DNA of 58,336 nucleotides, the filler included, from Sphacelaria rigidula (lineage: Eukaryota), in the NCBI GenBank assembly GCA_964200075.2. It is 10 parts of 10 records of this genome, joined end to end, with 100 filler letters (N's around TTAATTAATTAA, not from the genome) between each part and the next. Parts side by side here need not be neighbours in the genome. Positions count along the whole stretch, not along the records: positions 23,377 to 29,120 come from CAXNAA020024802.1; positions 29,221 to 34,964 come from CAXNAA020024803.1; positions 35,065 to 40,807 come from CAXNAA020024804.1; 7 more parts are not named here. One strand, 5' to 3'. Numbering within the stretch: position 1 is the stretch's first letter; each line of letters begins with the position of its first letter. A program made the translations under genes and the position numbers. Shown piece after piece: positions 23,829 to 37,870 of this stretch. A model generated the notes under the pieces. The model worked only from the letters and a program-made list of their open reading frames with translations. It was not told the DNA's origin and did not search any database.

Positions 23829-26800
23829 CTCGCCCTCCCCCTCCTCTTCCTCTTCCATTTCCTCCGGGTTAGCATCAGCGTATTCACTCTCCGCCTGCTC
23901 CAAAACCTGCAAAGAGGCAAATATCCAGACGGAGGAATCACATACGAATACACAAAAGGTGAGCGACATTGCCCCAAAATATTGAATGCAACCACCACCC
24001 CCCTTCCCGAAAACAAAAAGTTCAACCGGCGCCAACAACGGGGACAACAACAACTACGACGATACCGCGATACACCAACACGTCCACCGGGGTAACGGGC
24101 ACCAGCGGACAATCTCTCACCACTCTGCGAAAAATATCATCAGCTTGGCGCACCCCAACATGAGCTATCGTATATACTCAACATCCCTACTCGCAAATGA
24201 GGTTGAAAAACCGGAAGAGACCCGAGCAGGAATCTGCAGAGCATATCTCGAATGTGCATCGTGTATAGACCGTTGATGCAGGCAAGGGCAAAACCCTTTT
24301 ACGATGGCGACTGAGCCAACAGAAAGCTGGTTCGGTAACAGAGCAGTCACCACATGCTGACTCAACACGTAGTTGCCACCATCGACCACGCCCATGAAGG
24401 TACCAGAACTAACGCATGGGGTACGGCACTGGGCTTTTGGCTATACTGTATGCTACTTTCTCAGCCTGACTAGTGCCCCTCCCTCCACCATTAACCTCCG
24501 CAAGTCCGCATATTTTCGCCCAGGAGGGGTACTGCATTTTGTACTCAGCAGAGCCACGCTTCAGGACTTGGGGAGCTCGCGGCGGATGACCGTTGATTTG
24601 CACGATCGGGCTGGTGTGCTCGGGAAGAAACAAGCAAGCAGTGGTCAGCAGAAATTCAATCCTTGTAATTCTCGCCACTCAGAGGTAGTCAGGGAGGCTT
24701 AGCCATGGTGAACTCAGTTGATGGTCACCACGGTAGTGTGTCTTCATCAGAGAAATGACAGTTTGATGGTGACGGCGAGCTGGGCATCAGAGCTGCAGCT
24801 ATTTCGACTTGACATCGATCCGAGCTCTTACTCTTTGCTGTGCCTGTCCGTTGCTATAGGGCATGATGAAGGCGGCGCCTTGCAGTGTGATGGGAGTAGG
24901 GCGGGTATACCTATAGGGCCGACGCTTGTAAGAATAGGACGGCGCATGCACTGCGCCAAGTTGACAGCGGGTTTTAGAGGGTCAGGACCCCCATAATGCC
25001 TGGAGCAAAGCTTTCCGAACGCTCGAGGCGCCTACCCCACATGACTACCGCGAGGCGGTCCTGCCGAACCTCCGGGTGATAGGCACACAAACCCGCCTAC
25101 TATAGAGATCACGCTAGGGAAGATGGAAGCATAATTTATGAGCGCCACGGCACATGTGCAACAACGCTGTCGACTTCTCGCTCCCGTGTAAACGAGGCAA
25201 CCGCCACCTTGATGCCAAAAACCGCACACACTGCCTGGATGGGCCATGTCGACGAACGACACGAAAAAGTATAACCAGTGGCCACAACCAAAGGTATAAA
25301 AGTAGCCATAATCAGCAAATGGCGCGTGCCAGAAAAACTACACGCCTGAGTAAAGTAAAACACAATGGCGTGCACCCCCTCGTTTGATATCACCTGGACT
25401 CTGCATGCGACCTCTAATGCAATGTTGCATTTCTGCCGAGCGTCATCCGGGATTTTTCTTTCGAGACACTGGCGGAGGGAGAGAAGTACGGCATGTCCTC
25501 GACAGAAGCAACGAAGTTTACAGTAAAAATCCACGTCTGATGTCGATGAGAAAAAACTCATCCCCAACCGCTGCATTGTGAAGAGGCGAAGAATCGCCAA
25601 GTAACTCTTTCCCTGGCCACTGCCCGGAATGGAAGCAAGAGGATTCACCTTGTCGTATTGAACCTCCGGGAAGTTGTAAATATCCCCATAGGTTCCCTTT
25701 TTCAGCCGGTCTAGTAGCTCCCCTTCGATAGCCCTTTCCAGCTTTGCCGCCACCAACGCCTTCTTCTCGCGCTGTTTCTCACGTTTCTCTACCTGGCAGA
25801 GTTTTCCACACATTTTTTTTCCGGGATTTTGTCAGCGTGAATGAGACGGGTCAGTCACCACAGTCAGAAGCGCGGTGCAGTACAGCCTTCACGAATATTC
25901 ACGAGAGTGGACGAAACGTCTGCCAGTGGGTCTGCACGTTGCCGGTCCGGCTGGCTTACAGCTTGGTCATCCTCTGACGTTGCACTGGAGGATTGTCACG
26001 CGTTCGACACATTACAATTTGTGCGATGTTTGAGCTTTTGGTGTTATGCTTACACAACATACAAAAATACACCCTCACCGCTGTAGAACTCTTTGGCAAA
26101 TCCGTATCAACAATATTCCGGGCAAAGTCAAGGGGAGAGCAGCTGGAAATATTCTTCATGCTAAGTTAATCGACACATTCTCGCACATCTTGTCCTAGGA
26201 ATATTGACTGACACCCCTAAATATATGTGATATGTTCTGTTCTGTACTGTGTACGTGTGAAAAGGCCGTGAATGCTCGGGTCCGGTAGGGTCAATGTCGT
26301 AGCGTTGTGTGTCATCCTCCACACTATGACACCTGGTCAATTAAGTCATAAAAAATACACTTGCCGCAACGATAAAGCGCCTGTGTATCCATCATCACAA
26401 ATTAAGCAGAAGACGCATCACTCGCCGCATTCTGCCGAAAATATCGACGTATCCTAACCCATCCGAATCATCATCACCCCAGCCCGTCTAAATCATCGCT
26501 CAGCCGTTCTCTCACCTTGGGATTGATGGTGACCAGCTTGGGTTTAGCCTTGAGCTTGAGTTTTCGCATCCGAATGAGGTACTGGTGAATCTTCGTCAGG
26601 CGCTGCTTGCTTCGATGTTGCAAGTGCTTTGGAAAGTACTCCAACTCCTTTGACACCCTCTCCAACGCCTTGGCGTAGTTTCGCGACAGCTGTTGCCCGC
26701 GCGTTTGGTAGCAGTAAACATGAGGAGTATGACCGTAAAATGTAGTGGATACGTGGTGAGGTACAGAACAGTCAGGCATCATTTTTCTTCATTATAACAG

Positions 26801-28152
26801 TAGGTCATCCTATGGGGACATACATATATCCGACTTCAAGCTTGTCTTGCGGTTGTCGTGCGGTTATCGGTCGTACCGACAGACTGTAGAACACATGACA
26901 CATGGGAATCGTGTTCGCAAGGTCAAAGGCGACCAGCGCAGGGGAACGTGCGTGATTTTCAGGGGAAATCAAGAATCATCCTCGCAATCTAGGTTTAGGC
27001 AAACGTACCGTAGGTCATCATCCAGCGTACATTGTCTTGGAGGGGATCGGAAAACCTACCTCGATTTTCATGTGCAACTGTGGTCACTACTCCACCGACA
27101 AAATTGCGTCTTTAGAAAAATTATGTCGACATCCGTGCGTAAACGGAATACCGTGAGCATGCCGGGCCTTATCTGTCGTAAAACCTCGACAGAGATTCTT
27201 ATCGTCCAGGCCATATTATATATACATACATATATCAACTGCGTGACCTACCTTAGCCCACTTCAACTCCGAGTACACCACGTCCGGGGATACTCCTCTC
27301 CTTCGCACATTAGTCAGTCCAAAACATTGCAAACTTTTTTTGTTGAGTACGCTACTGAAAGTTTTCAGGGCCCGCGTGCAACCATGAAACACGAGCCAAC
27401 GTGTACACAGGTTGGGGTTGCATCACGCGTGTTTTTCTATGATAGCACCAGGCGCATGCGGTTGCAAACAGTGTACAATCGACACACCTTGATTTTTTCC
27501 CATAAGTTCTTGGGAGTGTGGGCTCGCTCGATAGTCTTGATGTAAAGGTAGCACACACCGTCGTGCTCGCGAATGGTGGCATACCGAGAGTTGGCCAGCG
27601 GGCACGAGCTCTTGTTGCAGAGACCGGTCACGTTGTACTCATTCCTGCTCGTACGGTATCGAATGACCATGTCGTCCGGGTGTGCATGTAATACGAAAAT
27701 CAAGAAATGTGACAACCACACGCGAGAGTTTGTATCAGCAAAGGTGTTGACGTTTGGATTATCTCCGTGACATTTTCGGGGAATTGGTAGTGTGCACCAC
27801 GACTGATAGGGTGTCTACACAAGAGGTCGGGGTCAAGAACTACTGCCCCAAGTATACGGCACGCCTCCACCGCACAAGAACACGTGTAACTACCCATAGC
27901 AAGCCCCGACCTAGTAGTTGCCATTCTGTACATAACACGCGACGCAGTGCCACACAAGACATATCTGTAGCCCTTGTCTTGCCGTCTCCTTTTGTGTGTT
28001 TATCAGAGTCATGCTTGCAGGATACTACATACACATTTCACTCTTAAATTGTGTCCGCTTTCTCACCTGCAGAATGTTTGCTCCTTCGCTATCTTGCTCT
28101 TGAACGAGCAGAATTGGTAGTTGACCACCTGCCAGATGACATCATCGCTCTG
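23829..28152 (-). CDS. MAK16: Ribosome biogenesis protein MAK16, partial gene
   Basis: GT-AG exons 28152(or 28149)-28067 ([21 protein letters not shown]), 27644-27488 ([29 protein letters not shown]), 26689-26516 ([26 protein letters not shown]), 25792-25649 ([23 protein letters not shown]) and 23906-23829 (acidic tail). Phases are compatible. Confidence 0.97.
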
Positions 28153-28602
28153 CTCGCCGAGCGCGGGTACGAGGGGCACAGCGGAGGCAGACAGCCAGGC
28201 TGCATCACTTTTTCGTATCGTGAATGCATGTAAAGTACAACGGCCGAGTTGATCGTCCATCGGCCGTTTCATAAACCTTGCACAACTATTGGTCATTACC
28301 CAATAGTCTACATGTTGAATAGCACGGCCCCAGGGGATACAGTCAGTAACGTTACCATATATGTGAACGTGTTTGTGAAGGTTCAGCTCACAACTTCTCA
28401 ACCGGGCGGGGCGAAGATGACTTGAACCGCAAGCTTCACATCGGAACAGTCCTCCTGTATTAACGCGGGAAAGAAGCATAACTTGAGGCCTCGGACCAAT
28501 TAGACATCCAAGCCGGTTTCTGTGGTACACTATACTCATATTTTCAAGAGCCCACGGTAGAGTTTTCATGAACATCGGGGAATTGTATGGCACGTCGGAG
28601 AA

Positions 28603-28953
28603 TTGTGTTGTCGTCCCATCTATTCTGGGCGCCAGTCTGCACCTGTCGGTATATGTGGGCGCACCAGCCGGGGTCACACAGGAGGAAGGCCAACACAGGA
28701 GTTTTTTCTTTTTTGTTTGTTTTTAGTACCCCACCTTGCTCCTGCGGTGCTTGCCTTTATTTTTTATAGCGAGAGGGGTTCAGCGCCCCTTTTCCTTCGT
28801 CGACCGATAAGTCGAATTTGGTGTACCCACGACATAGTCGCTCTCCACTGCTGGGCATGTGAGAAAAAATCCTAGATCGCTCCAAGAATTGAACCCCACT
28901 ACTCAACCATCAGAAGGTTTCGAGGTTACCAACTGACCCACCGGGGCGACCGG
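28603..28953 (-). mobile_element. tRNA-derived SINE
   Basis: Full-length reverse-complement copy of 15615-15975, including A/B boxes. Confidence 0.9.
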
Positions 28954-29948
28954 TATTGTGTGGCACTTTGAATACAATCCAACTAGTCAGGACGATTCCC
29001 GCCTCATATTTGCCGGCTCCTTGGGTCCTGGCGAATACGAGTATATTCATTCCTACATACGAGCTGGGCCAGCTTAAAAGCTGCTAAAACTTGCTCACAC
29101 CACAGCTTCCCCAGTTTCCCNNNNNNNNNNNNNNNNNNNNNNNNNNNNNNNNNNNNNNNNNNNNTTAATTAATTAANNNNNNNNNNNNNNNNNNNNNNNN
29201 NNNNNNNNNNNNNNNNNNNNTATGGCATGCATGATCATGAGTACATCCCCCTCCCTACCCACCCAACCGCATATTTTTTGTTCGCCGAAGGCATACCATA
29301 TTTACCGCATTCCTGCGGGCCCTCATCCCCCTTTCCTACCCCTCCGGGCATCAATTGCCGAAAACGCCGAAGTCTCCATCCTCTCTAGACGACAAAAATT
29401 AGAAGAACAGACACATGAGAAACGAGCTTTCCGTGCCGAAGCTACAGTTCTGGACGTACCACAGGTACACAGTACAGCAGTGCACCCCCAGGTGAGATTT
29501 TTTTGTATCGCAGCGTGCTCCTCAACCTGTTGACCGCCGTGATGGTCAATCTGAGTCATTTGGTTCACGATACTTGAAGAAAACAAATGCCAGCAGCGTC
29601 ATCGTATCCATCTACGGGTGCGTTTGAAAGCATCGACACGAATCGTTTCAGTATCACAAGTACACCTCCCGCCCTCTTGGCGGATTTGCACTTTTATAGA
29701 TATGCTGTAAGACTCTTGTTTTTTTTGTTTCATTTTACGGTACCCCTGGAGGAAAGGACTGAAGCCTCTCACTCAACCTCACGCAAAATGCGGGTATATG
29801 TGTATGGAGCTAACTTTACGAGGTGATCATTATCCCGGTCGTCTGGAGTCCCTTGAACAAACTAAATACTCATGTTCAACTCCCGCTCTCCCACACAGTT
29901 TAGAGGGGGGTATTGAGTTTCCGACGAGTTACCTATGCTCGGTACGTA

Positions 29949-31123
29949 TTATGAGTTCTGCTGATGGTCGTCGTGATCCCCTTCTCCAGCACTGCCCTCG
30001 CAAGTGTCTTCCTCGCCCACGTCTCCCTCATAGCATCCCCATGCCTTGTGACTCTCCCATAATTTGATGCAGAGAGAACCGTGGAATTGTTTGCCACACT
30101 TCGCGGCCAGCTCGTCGAAAATTACCTGCACGAGTACGTTTCCCCCCCCCCCCCCCAGAGGGGAGAAAAAAAAAAAGAGAAGTGGTCACCCTGTCTCTTG
30201 CCAACAAAAAAACACGGAATACAGAGACAGGCGCGNNNNNNNNNNACCGTGAAATTGTTTGCCCCACCTCCCGGCCAGCGCGTCGAAAATTACCTGCACG
30301 AGTACGTTTCCCCCCCCCCCCCCCCAAGATGGAGGAGAAAAGAAAAGATATGTCGTCATCATCGTCATCGTCACCAAAAAATAACGGAATACAGAGACAG
30401 GCACGAGAAAGAGGCAAACTGTATCAGGCACTGGTGTGTGCAAACACCACAGCAACAACCCCAACTCTGACAGCGGCAGCAGCAGCAGTAGAAGCAGCAG
30501 AAAAAATACAACTCGAGACAAAATGAAAGACAGGAACAGCAAAGACGAGAACTTGAGGGAGACGTGCGCACTGGAGGCCACGTCTCCAGCTGCCCCCCCC
30601 CTCCCCTCTCTCCTCCTCTCCTCTTCCGCGCACGAGTTGCTCAGTTTTTATCGTTCGTTCTTCAAGCGAGTGTGTTTTTTCAAGTACGGCGTTTGACTTG
30701 TTTGAACCAGTACGACGAACGTTCGGATGGAAAGAAAAAACGCTGTTGTACGAGACGTTCCAGGTGTACTCATAATAGTCGTCAGCGCACGATAAGTTAT
30801 ACACGAGATATAGTGAGAATATATTCCGGAGTTTACTGGTGACTAGATATATGTTTGTGCTCTCTAGTGTACCGTGCCCCCTCCATCCTTCCTTTTCTCA
30901 CACCACTCGCTACAGTACATACAGCAAGTCGACTTGCCTTGCACATGAACTCCGTCGTTGTATTCTCTCCGGGGAAAAGTTCGTTCAAGTTCTTGAAGTT
31001 GTACTTGGACAGGACTTCGGCCAGCATGGTTGACGCCGCGCCGATGTCGACGACCCAGTTGAGCTTGGGCACGAGTGCGTCTGTCTTAAATTCTGCATCA
31101 ACGGTGTAGGTAGCCCCGTGCAT
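29949..31123 (-). CDS. 6-pyruvoyltetrahydropterin synthase/QueD-like T-fold protein (COG0720), last two exons
   Basis: Exon 31123-30938 MHGATYTVDAEF..WVVDIG..YNFKNLNELFPGENTTTEFMCK, GC-AG intron, exon 30125-29949 VIFDELA..IKLWESHKAWGCYEG..stop. Family motifs HG.TY.V, VVD.G, N.TTE and ES are present. Confidence 0.88.
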
Positions 31124-32510
31124 CTGCGAATAAAGAAGGCCGATGACAAGAGTGTCGGGGGGAGGGGGGAGGGGGGTTAGGATGCGCATTAAATATGGAG
31201 ACAGGACTAAGCAAAATGTTCATGGCTGTGCTGTTGACAGCATCACGTCCAAAACTTATAAACGGGCGCAAGCAACACATGAAAAAATTCAACAGGTGAA
31301 TTAATGACCGGCCGTGACAATGATTTATAAAAATATTAACGTGCCGTACTTTCTTTAGCCAGTGTTCCCATTTTGTTCGTCTGGGGCACGTTCATCTTGT
31401 GACCACGGCTAGATCCCTGAGGAATAAAATGATGTGCGACGATTAATGAATAATCATTATTTTATTCCACCAATCTATCAAAGCAATCGATCAATACTGA
31501 CTGCACAACCAAGGCGTTAATTCTCTTGCGGTGGGAATCTCCATATTATCGCGGCATGACGAATTAAAATTGGTGCAAGGCTTTGTGCAAAAAAAGGGAG
31601 GGGGAGGGGTGACGGCGAGCTTGAAGGATAGAGAGTATCGTTTAACTCTTCCCACAAACGGAACTAGCAAGCACGTCGGCTGACCTTTGATGAAACAGGA
31701 TGTGGTACCTGTTTTCAGACTTGCCAGTTCATCTCCCTGTACGTCCGGTCCAACTGACTTTTCGCAAAAAAATATTTTATCACAGTTTGTTGTTGCAGTC
31801 TCCAAATGGGCAGTCGTTCTTCGTCACCACCCAAGCTTCGCACCTAACAAAAATACTCCATGTAATTAAAGCCCAGGCTGACCATACTTCTGTTCGAAGC
31901 ACTGTGGAAACAGGTCATGTTCAGGTACATGTGCGCATATCGGGACAATTTCGGGTACGCAGTCGGGGCTCAGATATACTTTGTTTCACATACAGCCATC
32001 CGCTTATCCGACACAGCGGGATACCTGTAGACATCTACGGTACCAGGGGCTGTAGCCGAAGTTGTTTACTCCGTGCCCAAGCCTGTACCTGAACCTTGAC
32101 AATTCCTGAAAAATGGTTTGAAACAGTCAGTACCCGAAAATGTCGAGCGACAACTACAGAATATCGCACGACGAAAATCACCAACGAACCGTTCATCATT
32201 GAAAAAAAAACAGTATTCGTTCGGGGCAAGCGCCATATCTACTTTTGAAAGGATCGGAGGGAAAAAGGATCAACACAGCACATCACTCCATGACATACAT
32301 CCCCCTTGACACCTTCACTCATACACATGCAGGCTGGTTCACATTCATCAGCCAAAATTGTGTCGTCAGCAAATGACTTCCGCAATAGCAACACAATAGT
32401 CGGATATATGACATCATACTGACCGCAATGAACAAACGATGATGATGACAATCGTCGTTTTTTGCTTAAAGCCATGGCGGTGGCGCTAAGGGTAAAACGG
32501 TACCTTGATC

Positions 32511-33020
32511 AATCAGTTCACGGTTAGGACAAATCACGATTTATACAAGTTGACTCCTCATGAAATGACAGGAGTCAACCTGTATTCGACTGTTGGTCCT
32601 GCATGCACCCGACGGTGGATAACATATGCAGTACAGTCATCTCAACCGCATACAGATTGGGGGAAAAGTTCGACTGATACAAGGCCCATTTCATGAGAGG
32701 ATTCAATGATGTGCCGACTCTTCGTCCCGCACGAGTCATACTCATGGCATAGATGTAGATGCCATTCACGCCTCATGGTGAGTGTGGGTGGCATGTCAAT
32801 TGATTCATTCCGCATTTTTTTAGAGGGGATTAGTATGTGTCCATGATCTACCCCCTATGACCTGAAGGCAGGAAACAGGTACTGTTGACCGTGTAGTGCA
32901 CGACACAAGAGCTCAAAACCTGTATAAATTACAAATGATGTTCGAATCGTATGATTTATTCGTTCAAGTGATGAACATGAGTTGAATCACGATTTTATTT
33001 GTCCTAATCGTGAATCGGTT
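32511..33020. mobile_element. ~510-bp MITE-like element
   Basis: Imperfect 24-bp TIRs: AATCAGTTCACGGTTAGGACAAAT (32511-32534) and ATTTGTCCTAATCGTGAATCGGTT (32997-33020). No clear TSD. Confidence 0.55.
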
Positions 33021-34856
33021 CCCGTCGAATTGTTCTGAAATTGAAAATACGAATTCTCAACCACAGTTCCACCCAATCTTCACATACTTTAAATCGTAGT
33101 CACCCCTATTAGCTGGGGAATCTAACGCATTTTTTTTTTGCAAACGGTTACTATGGGATCAAGTCATACCCCACACCGTGGTTCCGCGGTAACGTGGGAT
33201 TTTAGCGTCGTGGGATTTCCACTGATGATGTGGGAAAAGAAAAACAATCCTTCTGACGGTTTCCCTTATATCCGTCGTAGAAGAGCTCTGATAGACCTCA
33301 AATTTGCCAATTCCGCAATTTTTGGTGCTCCAAACGGAAACATGTTTTTTTCACCGGCTTCCGGGGCTCTTCACGCTGGGATCCCCGGAAACCGATCCAT
33401 AATGTCTCGAAATAAAAAATAAATCATGCTTCGCTTACTGGACATTCCCAGGGACGTATGTACAATTTTTGGTTGCGAAACTCGAAAATCTGGTGCAGTA
33501 TTCCTCGCATAAACCTTGAACATACCCGAAAAACACTTCTCATACCAAAATCGAGTAGTTAGGAGTTTGCACGTTTCAAGCTCTCATTACATCGCACAAA
33601 CGTACAGATATCCGCGCCGACTTTTGTAGTTAAACTCTGGAATTTTGCACATATATACTACTACATTCCAAAACATTATGAATGAGGTCTTTTGACTTTT
33701 GTTTTGTTTTTTTTGCCAGTTATCGGGGGTTCCAGACGGTCACGTGGATCCCCGGGACCCCTGGGACCCCGGATAGGTAGAGGCAAAAGCAAAAGTTTCG
33801 CAATGTTCCATAGTATATGTGCGGAAAATCTTCAGCCCAACTTCAAGAATTGGCGAGAACATTCGCGGGTGAGTAAAATTTGGGTGATGAACGTAGATCA
33901 GCGTGTAAGCATGCACATAATATCCAGCCCACAGCCCACGCTCAACTCAGAACTGTACACAACCTGCACGTCCCGTACCTCTACCAATGGCTGGTGTAAA
34001 ATATGGTGAGGCAGTGATGATATGATGGTGGGGGAAAGATAAGCTCGTAGAGCCGAACGTCATTTCGTGATTGATGCATACCTTCTGTTTTTGTGGGTTA
34101 TGAAACGTACAACCACATGTTACCCGTTACTGCACCGTTACCGGGAGATGTTCCGTGGTTATGGCTCGCCATTTTCAGATGCGATTTCTCGCTATTTTCA
34201 GGTATCCTTCACAGAATAATATACCAGCGGGAGGGAATTGAAAACCACCTCAGGTTTATCTGCTACCTTTGGAGTCAGATGCCGGTATTCCGCGGCCTTG
34301 ACCAAGATGATGGTCGTATTTGGGGCAAGGTATGGTGTTACTGCTACCCAGACTCGGAATTGGCCCTGCAAATTTCTCAGAAGCATCAGGTGTACCCGAA
34401 TGTGACCATCGGCAATTAATTCATACCAACCCTCGTGCAACCTGTAATTGCTATTGGTGGGCACAATTCGCGCGGCAGTTTCCCGCCAAGTACGTGAGAT
34501 CTTCACCGATTCCCATCACCGAGTCTCGGTAGAGCCGGGTACAATGTGCACCCTACGGCAATCACGGTGAGTTCATCAACACCCAAAGTAGAATTTTCGA
34601 TCCTTGCGTTTCCGGCCTCAACTCAAGAGTATAAACATGTCAGCGCGGCCGTCATATATATATATATATATATATATTCAAAGACAGCGGCTGTAAAGGC
34701 CCTTGTGAGACTTAAATAAGAACGTACGGGGAGGGGCATACCCGTTATCTTGCATGCCGCAGTCATGAGACCATTGGCCTCGCGTTCCTACAAAGACGGG
34801 ACGGACGGAGCACGCCATGTTTTCGCCATATCAGACTCGCAAGCGCAAACGGTCCG

Positions 34857-34889
<33 letters not shown>

Positions 34890-35513
34890 AAGACCGGGGG
34901 GGGGGGGGGCTTGGGCGGGCGGGAGGGTTAAGGATTCAACGGAAAAAAACAAGGAGAAGGGAAANNNNNNNNNNNNNNNNNNNNNNNNNNNNNNNNNNNN
35001 NNNNNNNNTTAATTAATTAANNNNNNNNNNNNNNNNNNNNNNNNNNNNNNNNNNNNNNNNNNNNCGACTCATCATACTAGAACCAAGTAATTTCCAGACG
35101 ACCCATTATTCGTCCGACCCTTGCAGGGTTGGATATAGACGCTTGGTGATGCCATTCATGTCGCTCACAGCATCGCAGTCCGCCTGCCATTACCGAAAAC
35201 GGTGGAGGTTAGTTCACCACTTGGTAGGTACGGAACGTTTTGGGAAATTCATTATTTTGAGTAGCTATAACCCTAACCCTCACCCTCACCCCAACGAAGG
35301 CATACCGAGAACCCTCGGGCGAGGGCGTTGCCAGACCTCAAATCGGCGCCTGCGGCATCGATTTGGACGAAAACACATTCTGCGCACGCCAGGAGCACAG
35401 CCCCATTAACGATTCAGGTTTCGGTGTCCGCACTGAAACCAAGAAAGAAATTTCCATACCTACCAAGTGGTGAACTCTACTGAAACGGTGTCAGCACACC
35501 GCGTGAGCATGCT

Positions 35514-35740
35514 TGTGTGTGTGGTGTGTGTTGTCGTCCCATCTATTTTGGACGCCGGTCTGCACCTTTCGGTATATGTGGGCGCACCAGCCTGGGTCAC
35601 ACAGGAGGAAGGCCACCACAGTAGTTTTGTTTTTGCTTGTTTTGATTCTTTACCTTCTCTCTGCGGTGCTTGCCTTCATCTTTTATCGCGAAAGGAGTTC
35701 AGCTATCTCTTTCCCTCGTCGACCATGAGGTCGAATTTTG
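35514..35740 (-). mobile_element. 5'-truncated tRNA-derived SINE
   Basis: Matches the SINE body and (CA)n tail; lacks the tRNA head. Confidence 0.85.
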
Positions 35741-36844
35741 CTTGTGGAGGGGATAAAATTATCCCCTTGCCGTAGAGTGGAGTGGGGTCAAGGTGGCCAC
35801 AAGCATCCAGTTGATGGTAGACTTATTGGTGGTGCCACATTGTCACCCCGTATAAATCATGCGACGGAAAAGGTGGCTATTCTCAATGAGTTCGCTGTGG
35901 CCCGCCTCCTCTTGCGCCGCCTTCAACGCTTCCCTCACTTCTTTCCACGATCCGTCGCCCTCCTCGCGCGAAATACGCAGCACCGCGTCATTCGCATTCA
36001 TACACCGCACACATATCGCACACACGCACAGACATGACAGTAATGCAGCCGTCACCTCACAGAAACGCGCAATCTGCTATCGGGCTTCCTGCATTTATGC
36101 CACTGCAATATCCCGTGCCCAGGCTACTTGTCTATGTCATCCATGCACCTTTGCTTCCGAAAAACCTTTTATCGCACTCCTTCCCGTGGAGATACCTTCA
36201 TCCTCTCGAGCATATACCCACGCTCCCCTCTACGATTCCCGGCGATACGCCGGAGCGTATCGCTCCGCCCAACTTTACCGCATCTACATCCTCATGGCGC
36301 ATTCCCCTCACCGCACCACCAGTGTCCTAGCTCATAGTTCATCTTTACCCCCATCCGACTGCACCTGCTATTCCCCTGCATGAGGTACTTACTCTACGCC
36401 ATCACGCGCACTTATCTTTCGTACTCTCGCTACCCCCGCCAAATGTCAGCCCTGCCTTCCATGCCCCCACCCTTTCGCGTACTGCACGCCGTCGAAGCCC
36501 CGCATACCACCCCCGCTCAAACCCTGCATAATCGCTTACCGCGCTCCCGCCACCCGCCGCACCGCCTCATACGCGATAACCCGCGTGCAACTGGTCACGC
36601 GTGCCACCTACCGCATGCTGCTCTAGCACCGTGTCACCACTGCTTAGCCGGTCCCACGCTACATCGAATTGTCTAGTCGTGATCTCATGCCATGCGTGAA
36701 TGAAACCTATTAGCCACAAACCCGGTCGCAACGAAGGAAGGAGTTCAACTGATGCAAGGGGGTCGCTTTCACGTCGCAAAAAAGGCGTTCTATGGAAGAA
36801 TCAACTAGTTCTGAGGTCGTGCCGGGCACTGGACCACTTCAGCG

Positions 36845-37215
36845 CACATTTCCGCAAACCTTCAGGCAGGTTTTTGGAGATGGACTCCGAAAAATTGCGC
36901 ACATGTACTTGAGATCATTACGAAACTTCCTCTGGACATTTTCTTTTCTTTCACGGGTTATCGGGGGTCCCAGAACGGCATGTGATCCCCCCGAATCACC
37001 GAATCCCCGAAACCCTGGGACCCCCGATGACCGGCGAAATAACAAAAACGTCCTCAGAAGGTTTCATGTGATCCCCCTGAATCCCTCAAAGCCCTGGGAC
37101 GCCCGATAACCGGCGAAATTTGAAAAAAAAAACATCCTCAAAAAGTTCCGTCATGACCTCAAGTACATGTGTGCAATATTTTCTCCAAGAACTTGCGTGA
37201 AGTTTTGCGGATGAT
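36845..37215. mobile_element. Foldback/MITE-like palindromic repeat
   Basis: About 130-bp imperfect inverted arms (GCGCACATGTACTTGAGATCAT / ATGACCTCAAGTACATGTGTGC) with an internal direct duplication. Confidence 0.65.
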
Positions 37216-37539
37216 GAGTGAACATGGGGTGTTCGCCGTGAATCAGTCTGTAGAGCTCTTGAAAGTCCATGACCACTATGACATGCCCTTCTTCGAGAGT
37301 GGCTACCATCTCGTTGAAAGCCACGCGCTGCAGCGTCTTCTATCGACGGTGAGGGAAGAGGCGGAGTGCACTGGATCTGGCGTCCATTAAACAGTCTGCG
37401 GCGGAACCAGTTCTTCACACCACCGCCTGTGTTGACAGTACAGTACAGCAGCTGAGAGACATCCGGTGAAGTAAGATGCGATACGAATGCCCTGTTTCCT
37501 GCCTGTCGAGCTACGGGTACACCATGGACCGATCCTCAG

Positions 37540-37870
37540 CTCTGGTTTCAAAAACCAGGGACGGGGGAGGTTAGGGGCGGGCCACATCAAAAGTACACCA
37601 CTATCTGGTCGCGGGAGTTCGTTGACACAAGCAACCCGCGCATCGTGGAATGTGTTCGGCCTTCAGTCCTGCTTCCAGAAACAAGAGACAGGGGGAAGGG
37701 GGAGGTACAGGGCGAGGTATTGCAACACGATGACCTCTTCGCGGGGGATAGTTGACAAGCCACCAGCGGATCGTAGTCTGTTCGGCCTTCAGTCCTGGTT
37801 TCACAAAGCAGGAGAGTGGGGAGAGGTAAGGGATGAGGCGCTTGTTGACAAGCAACGAGGGGATCGCTCA
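37540..37870. repeat. Three degenerate ~90-125-bp tandem units
   Basis: TGTTCGGCCTTCAGTCCTG at ~37653 and ~37779; GTTGACA..AAGC recurs three times. Confidence 0.55.

Noticed and set aside
30075..30410. Duplicated or alternative PTPS last exon (VIFDALAGRWGKQFHG at 30246-30295)
   Set aside because: The two copies flank a 10-N gap and each degrades beyond a poly-C run, which is typical of unmerged low-quality scaffold overlap.
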